From Lingula anatina (lineage: Eukaryota > Animalia > Brachiopoda), in assembly GCA_051362555.1 (NCBI GenBank), contig CM120640.1, positions 682,001 through 746,000 of the forward strand: a stretch of DNA of 64,000 nt, given 5' to 3'. The position numbers and the translations under genes were made by a program. Under the pieces are notes generated by a model. That model was not told the origin of the DNA. It ran no database searches and saw nothing but the letters and a program-made list of their open reading frames with translations. Numbering within the stretch: the stretch's first letter is position 1; each line of letters opens with the position of its first letter. Shown one piece after another: positions 24,931-38,605 of this stretch.

Positions 24931-25458
24931 CCCTGCTTGGGGTCTACACACAACATGGGTCAAAAAGGTTGTCCCACCCCCAATTCCATTCCAAAGGAAA
25001 GTAACCAAGGAAAATAAGAGAAAAGAAGGAGAAAGACTGACAGGATTGTATCTTTTCAGAGGATATCAGTATGTAACATATACAAGTTTAGGACTTCCAC
25101 CTCTGCTTACTGTTGCTACTTGACTTTTATGACCTTTCCAATGGCCCAACCTGACTATAGCAGTAAAACATTGCACTAAACAGACCTTATTTGCTTACAA
25201 TACCTCTTTCTGTCCATTGATGAGTGTCTGAACCATGTTCTGAACATTATTATCTTCAAATAATAATAATAATAATAATAATATTGATAAATAAATAAAG
25301 AATGAAAGAAATTTGTATGACTTTTTTTACATTGTTCATTATGTTCTTAATTCAGTAATTTCGCGTGCTTGAAAATCCAGTATATCCAATCTATGTTCCA
25401 TACAAACTGGTGGTTTCAACTATTGCTGGAAAGAATACTTTTCAAGATAAAAAGCTTC

Positions 25459-28400
25459 TTAAGCTTTTGTTGCGATAATGGCATAGCACCTTGGAGAAAT
25501 GGCTCGGTCAAACAACTGGACTAAGTGGACTGTTTTGCTGTTAGGCTGAAAGAGAGGATAGGCAGTGTGAGTGGAACAAATATGGGATTTTCATGACACA
25601 GTGCTAAAACAACTGAAAACCTTAGAAACTGCATACACATCAATTTTAGGAAATTAAATAATTGTAATTAATTGTAAGAAGTAATTTAACAATTTCAGTG
25701 ACAATACTGGACTTAAAAGTAATAGGCAGCATATTTAAGTTCTGTTTTCCGGCAACCTATATTTACCCTTGTCAAAAGAAAACTAAGTCTATCCAAGACG
25801 ATAAGACTTTCAATAACAGGTGCCAGCAGAGTTCTCAGAAAACAAAATGCTTCAAGTTTGCTCCTTTCTGATGAATGCTGGTTTTCATATTCTTTGATCA
25901 TCTGGTCAGATATCTGAAACATACAAAATTTAAGTTTTCAAACAGCTGAGAGCAGCAATTCAAGTTTAGGAAGAATTTTACAAAAACATCCTTCTGCTAA
26001 CTAATTTTATCAGTTACAAATGCGAACACTTTTTATTTTGTCACTTATCACAAATATAAGTGGTAACAGCTCCTGTACAAACCATCATGCTAAATGTGTG
26101 TGTGCATGCATTTGGTGTGCGAGAGCGTGTGTGTGTTTAGTTAGTCTAGAGCATAAAAACAGCATAAAGACAGTTGAAAATCTTTTAAATGATAAAAAGG
26201 ATCATTCACATAAAGTCACTGATACCTTTTCTTGATCAAATCCTAACTTTGCAAGAGCTTTCCTAACATATTGTGTAAAACTGGAACACTTGGCTGCTAT
26301 TCTTCCCACTTGCCATTCCTTGCTCACTTTGCCATTGGACAGGTCTCGGAGAATCACTTGCAGTAGGGCTCTCCAAAACTTAGACTGGTCTGATGCCTGA
26401 AAAGAAACAGCTATTAGCATCGATCTATCTCTTCCCACATTTATGGCACATTCAGAACAGCAGATCAACAAATCCACGGATCAAATAGGGCAACCCACTT
26501 AAAAGCTTGTCACTCTATTCCTGATTAGACACTGAATAGATTCCCTGAAGGGGATCACACAACAAGCATTCGAGTGGGTTGGCACTATTTGATCCACGGA
26601 TCTGTTTGTCTGTTGTTCTGAATGTGCTCTCTCTCTCTCTCCACACATAAACATGCCCACAGAAACAATCTCACACCTTTCTTTGTTACCTTTTTCTTAA
26701 ACTTTTCAATATGACTTTTCTTACCTCTATACTTTCTTTGGTTGATTCTGAAAAAAAAAAAAAAAAAAAAAGGTGAAACATGTTTTTAAGAATCCAATAG
26801 CTATAAGTGTAAAAACAGAAATAAATGTTCCCCAAGCCTTACATATATGCAATTTTAAAGGAGTAACTATGTATTATGGGAATGCAGCACATCTCTGTTA
26901 CTTGCTGATTACCTGTAAGTCTTTCAAGTGACTGTGATGCTAACATCCTTGCATTTCTCCCAAGACTGAAAGCACATTTTCTCAGGTATTCTGACATTGG
27001 GAATCCACTGTCTTTAGTACCTGTGCATAATGGAGTGTTTATAGATCAATTTATTCATCAAGTTCAAGAACTGAAAATGAAAATCCATTTTCTTCTCCTT
27101 TAGTTGTATGCGTCAAACAAATTCTTACTATAATGCCCATTTTAATAACAAAATAATCAAAGTTCTAGTCAATACAAATGGTTTTCTCTGATATACATAA
27201 ACACTTGATACAAAGACAAAACTGCCAGCTTACTATTGTAAACTAGTGCCACACACTTTATCTCAAAACATTATAAATTTTAATGTCTTACCTTCTTTTT
27301 GATTTCCATAAGGACAAGTGAAAAACTCCTCATCTATCAAGTGATAGCAACACCCCACAACACACAGCAGTCTGGCAGAGTCATTGTGAGCAAACAGTTT
27401 GAGTATTGTAGGGGACAGATTACCACAGGTGTGGAGACCTGTCAACATCACACACCTGTCAATGTCACACCTGTCAGGTGCGTTCTTTTCCTGCTTCAAA
27501 GTTTGTTCAGGTTCAGCCTCTACAGTGTCAGGTGTATTCAAAGAGGCCACCTCTTTCTTATCAGTATGATTTATTGCACAGTTTGCTGAGGACATTTCTA
27601 AACATCCCGATGAATCGTGGATCAACTTATCAGATAAATTGGAGGAGATCAACCTTTCCAAATCTGTAGATTCAGTCACAAACATAGTCATGGGTACATA
27701 AGAGCCACCATGCTGCCCTCTGTGACCTGCAGAGTCATGCGAGGTATCTCCCCCCTCCCTATCATGTGGACCACCCAAATCTCCTCCATCTTGTTGTCCA
27801 TGGTTGTTCTCTTTCCATTTTGCCATTCGTAATTCCTTCTTCTCTCTTCTAGTCAGTTTAATACCTGCTTTTTGATGAGTAGCATTTCTTTTCATGCCAC
27901 TCCAATATTTTTCAAGTTTTCTGTTCCTGTCCTGAGCACCATTTGTGTTGATGTCTGAGGAGTCAATTCCAATTCCACACAGACTATACTCCATGGATAA
28001 GGATTCACTGAGGTATCCTTTACCACTTCCAATGTCTACAAACTGGAAGTGAATACATGGAAAAATAAGTGTCTTATGACTTTGTACTGGGACACAATAT
28101 GATTAAATTTATATATTATGTATATATATTGCACATAAACAAATAAACAGTATATATGTAAAGTAAATTATACTGTGTCACAGAATTAAATTGACCATGC
28201 ACAGAAAAAAATAAATACTAGTAAATAGATAATAATAAATAGATAATCCTAATAATAATACTGCAAACATCACAATCTTTCATAATAACTTTAAAGTCAT
28301 TAAAATATACTTTTATCTAGCATTTGTGGTGTTTTTATTGTAAAAGAATAGAAATACTAGGAAACCTGCTTTCCATCTTTGTAGCACTCTATTAATTCAC

Positions 28401-29053
28401 TCATAACAGTTACTGTAAGTTTCAGTATATCTTAATTAAACACAGTATTTATAAGACAACTGAACCTTGGATATTCCATGTCTTAGAGCCAGCTGACTGC
28501 AAGTCCTGGCCATCACTTGAACTTCATGGCTCTTCTTATCTGACATTCCAAATGGGATGAAATGATCCCCTGCCTCCCCTGCATTGCTGGTCTCTGATTC
28601 TACAATATGGTTTATATCTTCCAAAACACCCAGATAACCAAGGCTGTGCTGAAGAGCACTGATGATGAAGTTCTCTAACGACCCATGTAACTTATCAGAA
28701 GATCCGGTACTAGCCCCAGTAGAATAACTTGTTTGTACTTCTTGTCCTATGTTTTCATTTTTACCACAAAGTTTTGCATTTTGACCAATTCCAGAATATA
28801 TCGAGTCCAGTTTCATGGGATTGCCAACTTTTTCTTTTAAAGCACTTTTCTTTGCGTTTACCTCTGACAGTTTTTGTAACAACTGTTCTAGGTAAACTGA
28901 GGTAGTTGCTAAAAGTTCTTGACCAAGACCTACTGAAACAAAGCTATCCCATTGTTTCTCTGTTATGAAGTCAGCCAAATGTGCGTTGGCTAACGGCAGA
29001 TAGGGAGTCAAGAACGTAGTCACCTTTTCTATATTCGCTTCTAATTTTTCCAT
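25459..29053 (-). CDS. METTL25: Methyltransferase-like protein 25; exons 29053-28466, 28042-27292, 27020-26913, 26747-26725, 26396-26226, 25913-25767, 25545-25459
   Basis: Exons splice in frame. LANAHLADF, MSDKKSHEV, SAM motif VDIGSGKGYLS, GLHTCGNL, VGCCYH, GFPMS..GRNARMLA, LAPVIESLIVLDRL, LFDRAISPRCYAI. Confidence 0.93.
26445..26628. mobile_element. MITE in a METTL25 intron, related to 5004-5177
   Basis: TIR GCACATTCAGAACA/TGTTCTGAATGTGC; shared core ACCCACT.AAAAGCTTG..TAGACACTGAATAGAT..AGTGGGT. Confidence 0.7.
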
Positions 29054-29741
29054 TCTGGCTGAGCTTTAATTAAAATTTACATGAAATACACTACACTGTG
29101 TCCAAACTTTTCGTCAATATAAAATTACAATTCATTTAAAGAATGCCATACATGTGGGTCGGACCACTTGAGGATGCACTTAATTTGCTGTAGTGAACCG
29201 CAGCCTCTTCTCGCACCGTGTCTCTCTCTCGCACCTGCACCTCGCCATACAGAGTCGTCCTCCGCTGCACGTCTTTACATAGACGTAGATAAAATTTTCT
29301 CTACTTCTGTGGTCTTTACAGGTCGAAGCTCGCCGTGGAACTGCTTTGTAACCGGTGGGTAGGTTGGAGAGTCCCAGCTCTCTCGCTCCGACCCGCACCG
29401 TCCTGCGTCGTGGCTCAAACTGCTCAGCGTCCACTCATTTCCGCCAGGTGGCGCAGGCTTCGTGGTCGCAGCTCGGGAAGTGCTTCTAGAACAAAACACT
29501 TGTTTACAACATTTGCTTTCTCAGCTTCGTGTATAATCACCCGAATTTAGTTTTTCCACAACCTCTATTTGCCTGTGCTAAAAATCAAGCCATGTGGATC
29601 CTTGCTACATGTACTTCTCGTTCGTCTGTCTGATTCCTGGTTGGAAGCACAGGATTCAAACAACTGCGCATGAGCGAATAGCGCGCTGTTTGAAATAAAC
29701 AAATAAACAAATGAAATAAACCCCCAACCCCGCCCCATCTA

Positions 29742-30130
29742 AGATTATGTCAAGTCTGTAATTCCGGAGAGGTTGAAGATGAAGTGCATTTTATTCTGAA
29801 ATGCGAGGCCTATAAGGAACTACGGGCGGCCTTCTACGAAAATATAAGTTTCCTATGTAATACTAATGCCCTCTCTCCCCCGGATATGTTTATACACATC
29901 ATGAATACAAAAGAAATGGATGTGATTACGCCCCTCCTCATATTTGTACAGAAATGCATGGAGAAGAGAGTAAGTCTTTCTGCCCATGTCCAAACCAGAT
30001 CATAGTACCAGTGTGAGACCCGTTATGCGCTGTCAGCAGAGACTGGGCGTGTAGATCAAACCTGGTAAATTGATTATGGAATGCGACATTCGTATACATG
30101 TGTACAGTCACTGATTTCAACAATTGCTAA

Positions 30131-30171
<41 letters not shown>

Positions 30172-30190
30172 TTATTTATTTATCTATTTA
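29742..30190 (+). mobile_element. 5'-truncated non-LTR retrotransposon 3' end
   Basis: RLCQVCNSGEVEDEVHFILKCEAYKELR (ORF2 C-terminal CCHC motif), followed by a UTR and (TA)n/(TTTA)n tail. Confidence 0.7.
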
Positions 30191-30413
30191 TTTGTCTGTT
30201 CTATGTTCTAGCCACTAGTATCGTATTGTAATAGCGAGAAGCAAGTCGATTATTTTTAGAATCTATGCGCGCGCAGATCTTCCGTCACATTTGACCTAGT
30301 TATCATGGTCGGACAAACAAACGAAGTCAGACAGTGTGACAGTGTGTATACAGGGACAGTGACGTGACTTTCATCGAAGAGAAACAAACGTTTCAGTGCT
30401 TTACACTCTGAAT

Positions 30414-33388
30414 ATGGTTTGCACAAAACATTGTTGTTATGGCACCTGCAGAAATGACTCGCGTTACCCTATCAGACCGGAGATGGAAGGGGTGTTTTTC
30501 ATCAACTTTCCAAAGCCTAAAACTCAACGGGAGAAGTGTGAAAAGTGGATCTATGCATGCGGGCGACCAAAAGATCAATTCAATGTTGAGAAAATAACAA
30601 AGTCCACGTACATTTGCAGTAAACATTTTGTCGGCGGTCGTGGACCAACAGAAGATTACCCAGACCCGATACCTGTTACTGCCAGTGCAGAAAGAGTAAG
30701 TACTGTACTGTATAGTGCATGGTTTCGTTTTTTTTTTTTTTTTTTTCAACTGGATTGCTATAACATGCATTTATCATTATACATTTCATCTTTTTATAAA
30801 CTTACTTATTGGTATTATTCTACAAGTAAACAATGAAATCATGTATATTTTTCATTACTTGTTTGTACTGTTATAGTTAGATGTATTGTCTTTGATTGTA
30901 CCTTATTTGTGAAGGTGTATCAATAAAGAATCTATTGCATAGTCATGCCATCGGTCAGTAAAAGAGGTTTAGATTGGTTATTGTTAAAGATTCTTCTCTA
31001 AACAATGTAGAAATGAGCCGTTTTATATTATTTTCTGATGTAGGTGAGGAAGATAAGTCGCCCTAGGAGAAAGCCTCCAGTGGTACGTCAAAACAGACTT
31101 CAAGCTGCAGAGGCCTTGCTCCAGCTTGGCGAATTCTCATCGTGCACAGAAGAGGGTGTTGGAACACATGAAAGAGAGGATAGCAGCTGTGCAGACCAGG
31201 TAATCTAGCACATGTTTTTGTTTATTGTAAAAGTTATATATGTGAAAATGTCATACAAAGTGTTTACATGTCTGTCTAGGGTTAAATATATTACTTTTTA
31301 TGTATAAGGATAACTTAAATTGAAAGTGGCTAGATCCATTTAAAGTGAGAAGAGGGAAAGAACATAGCTTTTAAAGATAAGATTAACTGTTCACATGTCA
31401 GATTTTAGGGCTTGTGATAAAACAAGCTAATTACTGCCATCATTGGAAAAAGTCAACTAGGCATTGAATAGGTTACATATAATAGTGAAAAATTCAGATG
31501 AAATTATAGTAAGAACCATACCATGACAGGCTTCATTGCAGTACAGGTGTGATCACCTTAATTGTAGGTGTGGTAGATGACAATCTTTTAGGATAGGTGT
31601 CAATAAGGCTGTTGAAAGTGTGGGATGAGCAGTTATGCTAGCCTACAATCTTATGATTTGTATACGTGTCAAACTGCTTTCAAAATTAGATGGACAATGC
31701 ATAGGGAAACATTAAGAATGATATAAAGGTATAGAAAATCCATTAAAAAATCAATCAGCTTATAAATACATGTTAAAGATAGGTGTTATTTGGTAAGTTC
31801 TGTTCAAGATAAAACATGTATGTACATTTTATCACGTGTCATGTGGAAAATATTCAGCATGAGAATATTAACAATTCATGGTTTTATTTATTAATATTCA
31901 GGATAAAATTCAAGCTGCTGAGGCCTTGGTCCAACTGAATGAGCTGTTGGATACACTGGTGGACCATGCTGAAGCAACACATGACGAAAGGGACAACTTG
32001 AATGAGAGACCAAAGGTATTAAATATGTTTATATAAATTACAAATGTTGGTAATTAATGTTTTCTTTGTTGTCAAAATAAAACCTCTGCACCTCTGCTTT
32101 CTTTCCAGAGAGTGAATGTCATCTTAATTAGATCCTGTATTTTTATGCCATATTTTTATCTGACACCTTACAATAAGTTTGGGCATTAAACATGTAGTTA
32201 GCACTTGCCCCTTTCTAGTATTGTTTGCAGCTGTCACTTGACTTTACAGGTAGATCTCCAGTCTTTCTTCATTGTTAGTGCAGTTCTGGTCACCTGCATT
32301 CATCATTACATCATTCTATTTAGATTCTTATCTTTTTGCCCTGCACTTCAAAAGAGGGATCCAGGGCTAGACATTATTTATTTATCTCACCTGTTCTACT
32401 TTAAAATACCTATTCTTGCTTTATGACAACTTTTTTTTATTTTGTATATTCCAGATGGCTTCTGTTGGGGTTCAGACCAAAGCTCCCTGTCAGTGTCACT
32501 TGACAAAAAATACTGAGGCTGATGAAAAGGCAGTAACTGATGCAGCTTCACAGACTGCATATGACAAAATGCACCTTCAAAGTAAAGTCGAAAACATGCT
32601 GCTGAAAAACCAACTGAAAACCTTATCAACCCCCATTACACCTCCCTCCAACCTGTTGATGACCTTTTTATTATGTTAGTTAGATTGCGTCGTGGTTATG
32701 GGTTTTTTATGCTTAGATTTTTATTCAATTTGTCAATTACTTCAGTACGCTGCATTTTTACAACATGGTTACAATTTCTTATTTTCATTTCACTGATTTG
32801 AAGGCCGATATGTTTCCAGATCGGTCAACTTTAGGAAAGTTTATGCCAAAGAGTTTCAAAGGTTTTAAAAATGTCAGATGTTCAGTTGATTGTACAGAGT
32901 TTTTTGTCCAGATGCCTAGGTATTTTGCAAGGCAAGGCAATCTGTTTTCCAACTACAAAAATCACCATACTTTCAAATGCCTTATTGCAGTGGCGCCAAA
33001 TGGTGCATGTGTTTATATTTCTGAGTTGTATGAAGGTGCCATTAGTGACCGTGAAATTTTTTCAAAGTGTGGAATTTTAGATTATTTAGAACCGGGTGAC
33101 ATTCTTTTGTTAGATAGAGGTTTTACTGTAGAAGATTTATTACTTTCTAGACAAGTTTCTTTGAACATTCCTCCATTTCTAAAAGGTAGAGAAAAACTAA
33201 CACCTCAAGAAGAGCTACTGTATAAAAAACTTTCTAAAGCCCGAATCCATGTTGAGAGGTACAATGAACGCCTAAAAAAATTCAAACTTATAGCAGGTAC
33301 AATGCCTTTGAATATGACAGAACTAGCATCACAGGCTGTCTTTGTAGCTGGTTGCCTCGTCAATTTCCAAGACCCTCTGGCAAAATAA
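30414..33388 (+). pseudogene. THAP + HTH + DDE_Tnp_4-type transposase; exons 30414-30695, 31044-31199, 31902-32015, 32455-33388; frameshifts near 32650 and 32780
   Basis: THAP CCYGTC..FPKP..W..ACGR..ICSKHF..DP.P; HTH LFIMLVRLRRG..IFTTW; DDE VDCTEFF, SNYKNHHTFKCL, GAISD, DRGF, ARIHVER. Confidence 0.88.
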
Positions 33389-34615
33389 GTACAGTAGGTA
33401 GTAGACATAATTAGGTTCAGAAAACAATATCTGTATATAGTTAATTTCAGGGTTTTTTAATTGTGCAATGTTTTTTGATGTTGAAAGAGTAATAAATTTT
33501 AATTGAAAATTGTGAACTTATGTATTTTCTTTTATTGAACCTACAAAGGAAAGCAGTATATACATAATGATACAAAGAATATTCCATGACTTGTGCAATA
33601 AATTGGTTTATACGTTTGAAAAAAAAAAATGGATTATTGTTTGTCAAATTTAAATTTACATTTGCAATTATTTTCATCCCATGAATGCACCTGCAGTGTT
33701 CAGATCTAATTGAGAGTCACTTCAAAATTTGTTCTCTTAAATGTTCTTTATTTCCATTTACGTCTAGAGTTCCCCTTTTTATCGTCAACCCTAAAAGTGA
33801 GGTTACATCCTAGTTTGCTTGAAAGATGCAACTTGCTGCCAACCTTTACCGCTTGGTATAGGAAATATAGTTTGCCAGAAAAAAAATAGTTTTGTATGGG
33901 TTTTGGAACCTTTTCTGTCCCTTACAGCCCCTTTATGATTTAGATTATGAAAATGGTGCACTCAGAATTTTTTTCTGTTAATTATAGACTGTAAAATTTT
34001 ACGAATAATAGGTGATATATCAAAATGCAACAATATGTTTAAAAAAAACTAGATGACAATTGGCTATTCAGATGAAAATAGCTGACTTTTGAGATTTCCT
34101 TTGCTAAAATGAATGGATGTGCAGTGTTTACTAGATCCCCTGAATTTTATAAAAGCAATATGCAAATGGACAAAATGAAAACACTAATAATCATTAATGC
34201 AAAATGTTTATTGAAAAAAATATTTATCATCCTGACTAATCATGTCTTCCTTCCAATTATTTTCTGTTAATCTTTGTATGCTACTAAAACTTATTAAGCA
34301 AAACTGAACAACTTCATTATATAATTATATACAAGAAGTTTTCTTATTAACATATCTGTGCTATTGAAATGGGAGCAATGATAATGCCACATATGACAAT
34401 TGTTCATAGTTTATTATATCACCTTGTTCTAATACAATACATATTAAAATGCACATAAACCACAAAAATTGAGCACGAATAAGATAAACACTAAAGATGC
34501 CATCCCAAACTATTCATGTCAGTTAAAAAAAAATTGAACACCTTCATTATTTACCATCAGTCCTCTCATCGATACACCTGTGCTGTTGAAATACAATGAT
34601 AGGACAAGATGTGAA

Positions 34616-36428
34616 TCAGGACAGAAGCTCATTCCTTTCCCTACTTAGGTCATAGTCTATATATGTAAACTGAAGAGTTGTCTGCCACATACATATGGTA
34701 TCTGCTTTACCTAAGTCATTCAAAAACTTATTTTTGGCCTCTACAGTAATAATTGTCCCTGCAGGCCGAGGGTCAAAGGCTATTACATTAGTTTGCTTTC
34801 GCTTGGAGTTATATACTTTCTTGTTGATGCTGTCAGGCATTTTCCTTTTGCTGCCACTGGCACGGCAGGTCTGTGCATGCTGGATCAGAGGCACGTATCC
34901 CTGTCTGCAGAGTAGCAATGGCAAGTGGCATCCAACACAGTTCCACTTACAACAGACAGAGCAATAGTCACAGTGTATGGATTTTCATTTCTCATAAAGG
35001 GCAAAACTTTGGCTTTGACATGAAATATACTGTCAGACACTTTAGTCTCTACACAACCCACATTGCCAGACTGAACATACTGTTGTCCTCGTACTAGAGG
35101 TTTTCCAGTAACCATACACTGGTTATCCGTATCCCCTGGAAGGCTTGGCATGCTCTCCACCAACCAGTATTTGTATTGTGCTGGCAACGAAGTGGCTACT
35201 AATGGCTTCCATCCTGTGACTGGCGGGATAGGTTTGTTGGCAGATCTTTCCACCAAGATACCTGCCTTCTTCTGGTACCATTTCCCCCCATCAATGGTAA
35301 TATCGATGTCCACGGACCTTCCATTTGCTATGCAATCATTGCATCTAGATTAAAAACAATAAACAAACATTAGCAATGATCCAACACCAAAAGACAAGGT
35401 ATTATTGGAGGGAAATGATCTAAAAAACAATGATCAGCCTCAATAATAAATCTCTCCTGCACCAACTTGTATGTCTATAATGCCACACAAAACAATGACT
35501 TCCTTGTGTGTGTATGTGTATAAAAGAACATTGGTCATAAAACTTGAAATGTGTAAAACATTATAAAAAATATATTTGATTCAATAGTATGAGTACTGTC
35601 AGTAAATAACTACTCAGCTAATGTTTGCACTTTAAATTAAGACACATTCTAACTTGGTGTAGGCCTACCTGCAGTTCAACAAAATTTTCAATCAACTGAC
35701 ATGTTCTAAAATAATTCAGTACATTTTTAAAACTACTTATATTTAATTGATATCACAGGCCTGTAATAAACCTTGAAAGTCTAAATCATAAATGCAACCT
35801 GGAAATCAATACAAACATTCAAGCTATCCCCTTGCAGTGGGCCCTGTGAAACGAGACCGCCATTTTCATTTTGTTTATACACACACAAGAGGATACAAGA
35901 GCAACGTGTTATACTTACGCTGATAGCACAGTCAAAATTTGGACATTAGTACACACATTGACTAAACCATCTCACAAGTAGAGGAAGAAGATATTTTTAT
36001 TGCACCGTAGTTATATTAACACGATAGTACAAGGCTTCTGAACATGACACTGTGAAGTTCGGTCGCATATTTTGATACACACGTAATATGTTAACTAGTA
36101 TATTCATTTTATCCCCGAAAACCTATCAGTGATATCGATGATAGCAACTGCGAGTTACTCATATTTCACTGATGTATAGACATACATGAATATTTAAGAA
36201 CGGCTCTTTCCGATACACGTGTTTTACAGACACAAGAAATATCACTGAACCTACCTTGCGACCAGTTCACTCCGGTTTCCACTGGATTTTAAGCCCCTGC
36301 AAGGCAAGCCAACGTCTCAACTGAATATTGGAATGTTCAGCTGCTGTTTCATAGGAAAATTTTGCTCCTGGGACATCATCCTCGGTCAATCTAACGAAGG
36401 AAACAGTTGGTGTCCCTTCCTTCGCCAT
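34616..36428 (-). pseudogene. ISL2EU accessory gene remnant: SAP domain exon 36428-36255 and SWIM-proximal exon from 35344
   Basis: LTEDDVPGA..QLRRWLA/CRGLKSSGNRSELVAR (1-nt frameshift); IDGGKWY, RGQQYVQSGNV, VKAKVLPFMR..Y.V.I....G.VLDATCHC, then a frameshift/deletion; no YqaJ motifs seen. Confidence 0.75.
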
Positions 36429-37284
36429 TGAAATTCAACGTGCAGACTGCTGTACTTGTCCGACTTCCGCCTTCAGCAGTGAACTCATTAATATGCATGA
36501 GATAGTAGTGACGCAATAGGTTGCTTCTCGCTATTGATTGTACAGCTAGGCTTTTTAATCTGTTCTCACTACCGTGATCGTGTCTACGGACACGGTTACT
36601 CTTCACCGTGACCAAGCCTACCGCCCACTTTTTGAACAATGGAAGTAGGAGGATCGTTTAACAATGGATATTTAGCCAGTCGCGTGGCAGGAGAGCGTGT
36701 CCCGATCTCTCAACCTGGCAGGGGGCGACCGTCTTATTCAGGAAGCGTGATGGCATTAATAGCCGCTTATTGCTGTCCGGTAAATATTGCACCGCTTCTT
36801 ATTACTTCAAAAATCAAAGCATCTACTTACTGTACTTCGTCAGTTAAACGGGAATATATAAAGCGGGTTTAGCAGAAAATACCATTTTGGCCCCAACCAT
36901 TACTTTCCCCCCGTCTACCGTCGTTAACTTTGACGTGTCGACACTAACGACCCCACCATCATCGCACTCTACCACTCCATATCTGTCTGCAAATAATAGT
37001 ATTTGGCAACATTACACTCAATCTACAAGTCAATAACAATAACAAAAATAAATAAATACGCTGTACATAATCATTATTTCAGGACGTGTTTATAAGCCTT
37101 GGTTAATTTATGAAAATGTCTTTTTTTCTAGTTGAATGATATTAAACAATTTACTATGAAGAGCATCGCCACTACAGAGATTAGGAAGTAAACTCTTCAT
37201 GGCACTAAGATGGGTGCAAATGTGTACCCTCTCCAGCACTGTCAAAGGTCCACAAACAAATATATACAAATTTGTCAAGACGAC

Positions 37285-38605
37285 AAGATAGATTTCACTA
37301 CGATGTATCAAGTGTAATAATTGTTACATATATATTCTAAATGTTGCTTACTTATAATTGCATTAAGAAAAATCAGTATATCAATTAATTTAGTTTAAAT
37401 AAAATCATCTGCAACAGAGGCTAAAAGCTGTGCACCTGGGACTAAGGGACTGCCTAAGCTTAAACATATTGAAGACAAAGACAACTTCCTTTCTTTTCCG
37501 AGGGAACAATAACGGGGGCGAAAGGAGCGTGCAAACGTGCATCAGAGAAGAAGCCCTACAATGTAGTTGCGATTTTATCTGCAATGGTGGTCACAAGCTG
37601 GTCTCATCCTTCAATGCGATGGAGTTTGATACACCACACATGTAAACATTCATATTTAAGAAAAAATCGAAAAACATTAGTACAACTGGTCTGTGGGACA
37701 GTCATTTACTTGTATTGAAACTTAAAAAGCATCAAAAAAGGGACTCACTTGTACAGTTGATATTTGAAGAATGACGCCGAAATATTTTCCTGTTCCTGCA
37801 GCGTACATTAACTGTACTTGTGTATACATGTAATTACGTACGTATTTATTCTCCTCTCGAAACATATCGCGCACAATTCTCTCGACAACTATCATCGTTA
37901 TATGAGGAATGTTGAGGACATTTTGAAAAACAGGCAGTCTTAAAACAACTTTATCACTATTCTAAATATTTAAATACAAGTGCATTTATAAGGGCAAATA
38001 CTGTATATCATTTTGCTTGCTTATAGCCCGCATTTCTGAAGAAATGCAGTAAGTCACACTTTACAAAGGTTGAAATGGTGTCGCCGACATAAAACAACCT
38101 CACTTGGCAATGTTATGCTGGAGTTTTGTTAAGTGATGTCAGGCATAGACCTGAAAAGGTTAATTTGATCTACATTAGTGCGTTAAACATCGAAACGAGG
38201 TAATTTCTGGTAGTGCGTCTCCGTCGATAATTAATATACCGGTATGATAGAAGAAAGAGTCTTGACAATTTCCCTCAAAGTTATCTCTTCATTGTGTCCA
38301 GACGGGAGATGTGCATTTGCTATACAGTACTAAGCAACGTTCGTACATAAACGTTTATCTAAACACATCTGTCAGGAAAATGAGTCAAGATAGATTTCAC
38401 TTAGATGTTTCAAGTATAATTTCATATTTACTCCAAATGTGGCCTAATTAAAAGTCCATAAAGAAAAACAGCATATCAATTAATTTATTTTAAGTTAAAT
38501 TATCTGCAACAGAAGCTAAAAGCTGTGCACCTCGGACTAAGGGACTGCCTTTATTGAACTAAACTCAAACAACTTCCTTTCTTTTCATACAGAACAATAA
38601 AGGAG
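37285..38605. repeat. Diverged direct repeat of ~220 bp (37285-37515 and 38388-38605)
   Basis: AGATAGATTTCAC...ATCTGCAACAGARGCTAAAAGCTGTGCACCTSGGACTAAGGGACTGCCT...ACAACTTCCTTTCTTTTC in both copies. Confidence 0.8.

Larger units (their letters stand above)
30233..36532. mobile_element. ISL2EU (PIF/Harbinger-ISL2EU group) DNA transposon, both ends intact, genes decayed
   Basis: Perfect 12-bp TIR AGCGAGAAGCAA/TTGCTTCTCGCT flanked by AT on both sides; convergent THAP-DDE transposase and SAP-SWIM genes. Confidence 0.85.

Noticed and set aside
29168-29550. Short overlapping ORFs, including a death-domain-like ARELGLS
   Set aside because: Rest of the sequence does not fit a death domain; the ORFs are expected from high GC.
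29150-29700. Telomerase RNA (P6.1-like GAGAGCTGGGACTCTC and terminal ACA on - strand), 7SK or RNase MRP
   Set aside because: No CTAACCCT template on either strand, no 7SK GATC pairs, no convincing MRP/P conserved regions.
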